From Xanthobacteraceae bacterium (GTDB lineage: Bacteria; Pseudomonadota; Alphaproteobacteria; Rhizobiales; Xanthobacteraceae): a stretch of 59,203 nucleotides of DNA. The stretch lies in contig DASXCK010000472.1 of NCBI GenBank assembly GCA_036491235.1, forward strand, positions 1 through 59,203. Reading direction: 5' to 3'. This document shows, piece after piece, positions 57,562 to 59,203 of the stretch. A program made the translations under genes and the position numbers. Position 1 is the first letter of the stretch; each line of letters opens with the position of its first letter. The notes below the pieces were generated by a model. That model had not been told where the DNA came from, ran no database searches, and worked only from the letters and a program-made list of their open reading frames with translations.

Positions 57562-59203
57562 TTATGGGATGCCGGTCGTCGTCTTGCGCGCCGGATTGTT
57601 GATCAGCGAGCTGATCTGCGTCTGGTTGGCGCTCGTCGTCGCTTCCGGCAGGACTTCCGGCGTCGTGAAGAACACACCGTCGGGCGTCGGGTTGGGCGTC
57701 GGCGTCACCATCGTCTGCGGCGAGCCGGCGACGCCGGACAGGAGCTGGATTCGCATCAGCAGGGCGAAGTCCTCATGTACCGTGTTGTGGCAGTGGTTCA
57801 CGTAGGAGCCGCCGTACTCGCCGAACTGGATCTGGAACTGGACCTGACCCGAGGGGCGCAGCCGCCAGACGTCCTTTCTGACCAGCTTCTCGGTCGCCGG
57901 GATCGGATCGTTGCCCCGATTCATGGTGATGCCTTCTTCGAAGTGGAGGTGGATCGGGTGATCCCATCCGCCACCTTCGTTGATGTACGTCCAATGCTCG
58001 ATGTCGCCGGCCTTCGGATACTCGAGTTGGACGCGGTTGGCGTTCATCGAGTGAGACTGCCCGCCGTTGACCTGAACGGTCCACGGGAACTGGGCGTTGT
58101 CCGGACAGTCAGGCGTACATTGGCCGGTCTTCGGATCGCGCGAGTCGCCGTTGCCGGAGCGGCCCCATTGGACGACGCGCTCGCGCACCGGTGCGACGAT
58201 CGGGATCTGCTGGGTCAGCACCGCCGGCACCTGGCTCGGGTCGGGGCTGGTGGAGAACAGCGTCACGCCCGGAGCGTCGACGCTCTGCACCGAACCGACC
58301 ACGCGGAACTGGAGGAGGCCGCCGACCGCCGGATCGTTGTTGTCACCGGCGAGCGCCTGCGCGAGAGGCAGTTGCTGGTTCGGCTTGCGTCCGTCGGTCT
58401 GCTCCAGGGTGTTCACCAGCGTGAGCTTGTCGCCGATCTTGAACTGGGAGAAGTCGACGACGATGTCGTAGCGCTCGGCCGTGCCCTGCTGGTCGAGCGA
58501 GGTCAGGGTGATCGGGTTGACCACCAGGTTGCCGTCGTTGGCGATGAACTGGAACGGCACCGCCTTGCCGGTGGGACCGGCGATCTGGAACTGCCAGAAG
58601 CGCGACATGCTGGCGGCGAGGATGCGGAAGCGGTACTTGCGCGGCAGCACCTCGAGGAACGGCGCATAGGCCATGTTGACGAACACCATGTCGCCGAGGA
58701 AGCCGTCGGTGTCGAAGATGTCGAAGAAGTATTGGCCGGTCTGGTCGGTCGCGGCATCGCTGACGATCAAGTTCACGTCGAAGTCGAGATTGCCGTAGTC
58801 GAGCTGGCTGCCGCTGGGCAGGCGCAGATTGATACCGTCGACGTGCGTCTCGTTGCCGCGATCCGGACCGCTGTACATGTTCACCATGCCGAAGTTGCCC
58901 TTGTAGACGTTCTCGGCGGTGAAGAAGAAGCGATGGTCGTGCATCCACATCGTGCCTTGGAGCTCGCGGAAGTCGCCCGCGACGTTGATCAGGCCGCCTT
59001 TGCCGTCGGGACCCGACGCGCGCGGATCGGTCGCCCCCGTGTTGATCTTGTCGCGCCGGGCGAGCGTCGTGCTCCAGCGATAGTCGTAGAACGTGCCCGG
59101 GAAGTGATGCGTGTTGGCGGCGCCGTCGCTTTCCGCGCCGTTGTGCGCATTGTGGAAGTGGACCTGGGTCTCGTTGCGGCCGAAGCCGTTGTTCTGGGTG
59201 CGG
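57562..59203 (-). CDS. Multicopper oxidase, CotA/bilirubin-oxidase-like (5' end beyond the right edge)
   Basis: ORF 57562..58950 stays open upstream to 59203. Copper motifs HFHNAHNG, MWMHDH, HPIHLHFEEG and HCHNTVHEDFALLM. It lies 83 bp upstream of the SCO-cytochrome c gene. Confidence 0.85.
   Translation of the reverse strand, partial: RTQNNGFGRNETQVHFHNAHNGAESDGAANTHHFPGTFYDYRWSTTLARRDKINTGATDPRASGPDGKGGLINVAGDFRELQGTMWMHDHRFFFTAENVYKGNFGMVNMYSGPDRGNETHVDGINLRLPSGSQLDYGNLDFDVNLIVSDAATDQTGQYFFDIFDTDGFLGDMVFVNMAYAPFLEVLPRKYRFRILAASMSRFWQFQIAGPTGKAVPFQFIANDGNLVVNPITLTSLDQQGTAERYDIVVDFSQFKIGDKLTLVNTLEQTDGRKPNQQLPLAQALAGDNNDPAVGGLLQFRVVGSVQSVDAPGVTLFSTSPDPSQVPAVLTQQIPIVAPVRERVVQWGRSGNGDSRDPKTGQCTPDCPDNAQFPWTVQVNGGQSHSMNANRVQLEYPKAGDIEHWTYINEGGGWDHPIHLHFEEGITMNRGNDPIPATEKLVRKDVWRLRPSGQVQFQIQFGEYGGSYVNHCHNTVHEDFALLMRIQLLSGVAGSPQTMVTPTPNPTPDGVFFTTPEVLPEATTSANQTQISSLINNPARKTTTGIP

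Overview
This is a high-GC (about 65%) alphaproteobacterial chromosome segment. Protein content and the intergenic repeat families look Bradyrhizobiaceae/Nitrobacteraceae-like, but that is an inference with no database search behind it. I call about 56 protein genes (two truncated at the window edges), one frameshifted pseudogene, one tRNA-Val(GAC), one candidate sRNA and 14 REP-like palindromic repeats in five families.

Gene content by region:
- 0-35.7 kb is mostly core housekeeping: marR and a MATE gene, three orphan TctC/Bug binding proteins, cpdR, an N-formylglutamate amidohydrolase family gene, hisN-like, hsp20, ltaE, gltBD, a PrpD-family gene, an SGNH hydrolase, a lytic transglycosylase, galU, kpsF, NfeD-SPFH, an Ada-like regulator, hemH and a sulfite-oxidase-like gene.
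- 35.7-47.3 kb is a looser accessory patch. It holds an orphan AAA ATPase, a small His-rich secreted peptide, GFA, DUF1737, LysR, NTF2-like, DUF899, MFS, an ECF sigma with a fused NTF2-like domain, GST, a RibD_C-family gene, HxlR and a secreted hypothetical.
- 47.3-56.3 kb is one minus-strand operon: a Liv-type ABC transporter bracketed by two adenylate-forming CoA ligases, with REPs in its internal gaps.
- 56.5-59.2 kb is a CotA-type multicopper oxidase followed by an SCO-cytochrome c fusion.

I found no transposase, integrase, prophage, CRISPR array or recognisable multi-gene defence system, and I cannot point to a clear-cut novel system. The items most worth a second look are:
- an orphan terminator and promoter that define an anti-SD-rich sRNA candidate at 6.08-6.2 kb;
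- the partnerless ATPase with structured non-coding flanks;
- the His-rich peptide behind an EcfG-like promoter;
- the anti-sigma-less ECF sigma;
- the MCO/SCO-cytochrome c operon;
- the REP-punctuated ABC operon.

Gene starts are inferred from ORF arithmetic, RBS context and homology recalled from memory. Nothing was searched against a database.
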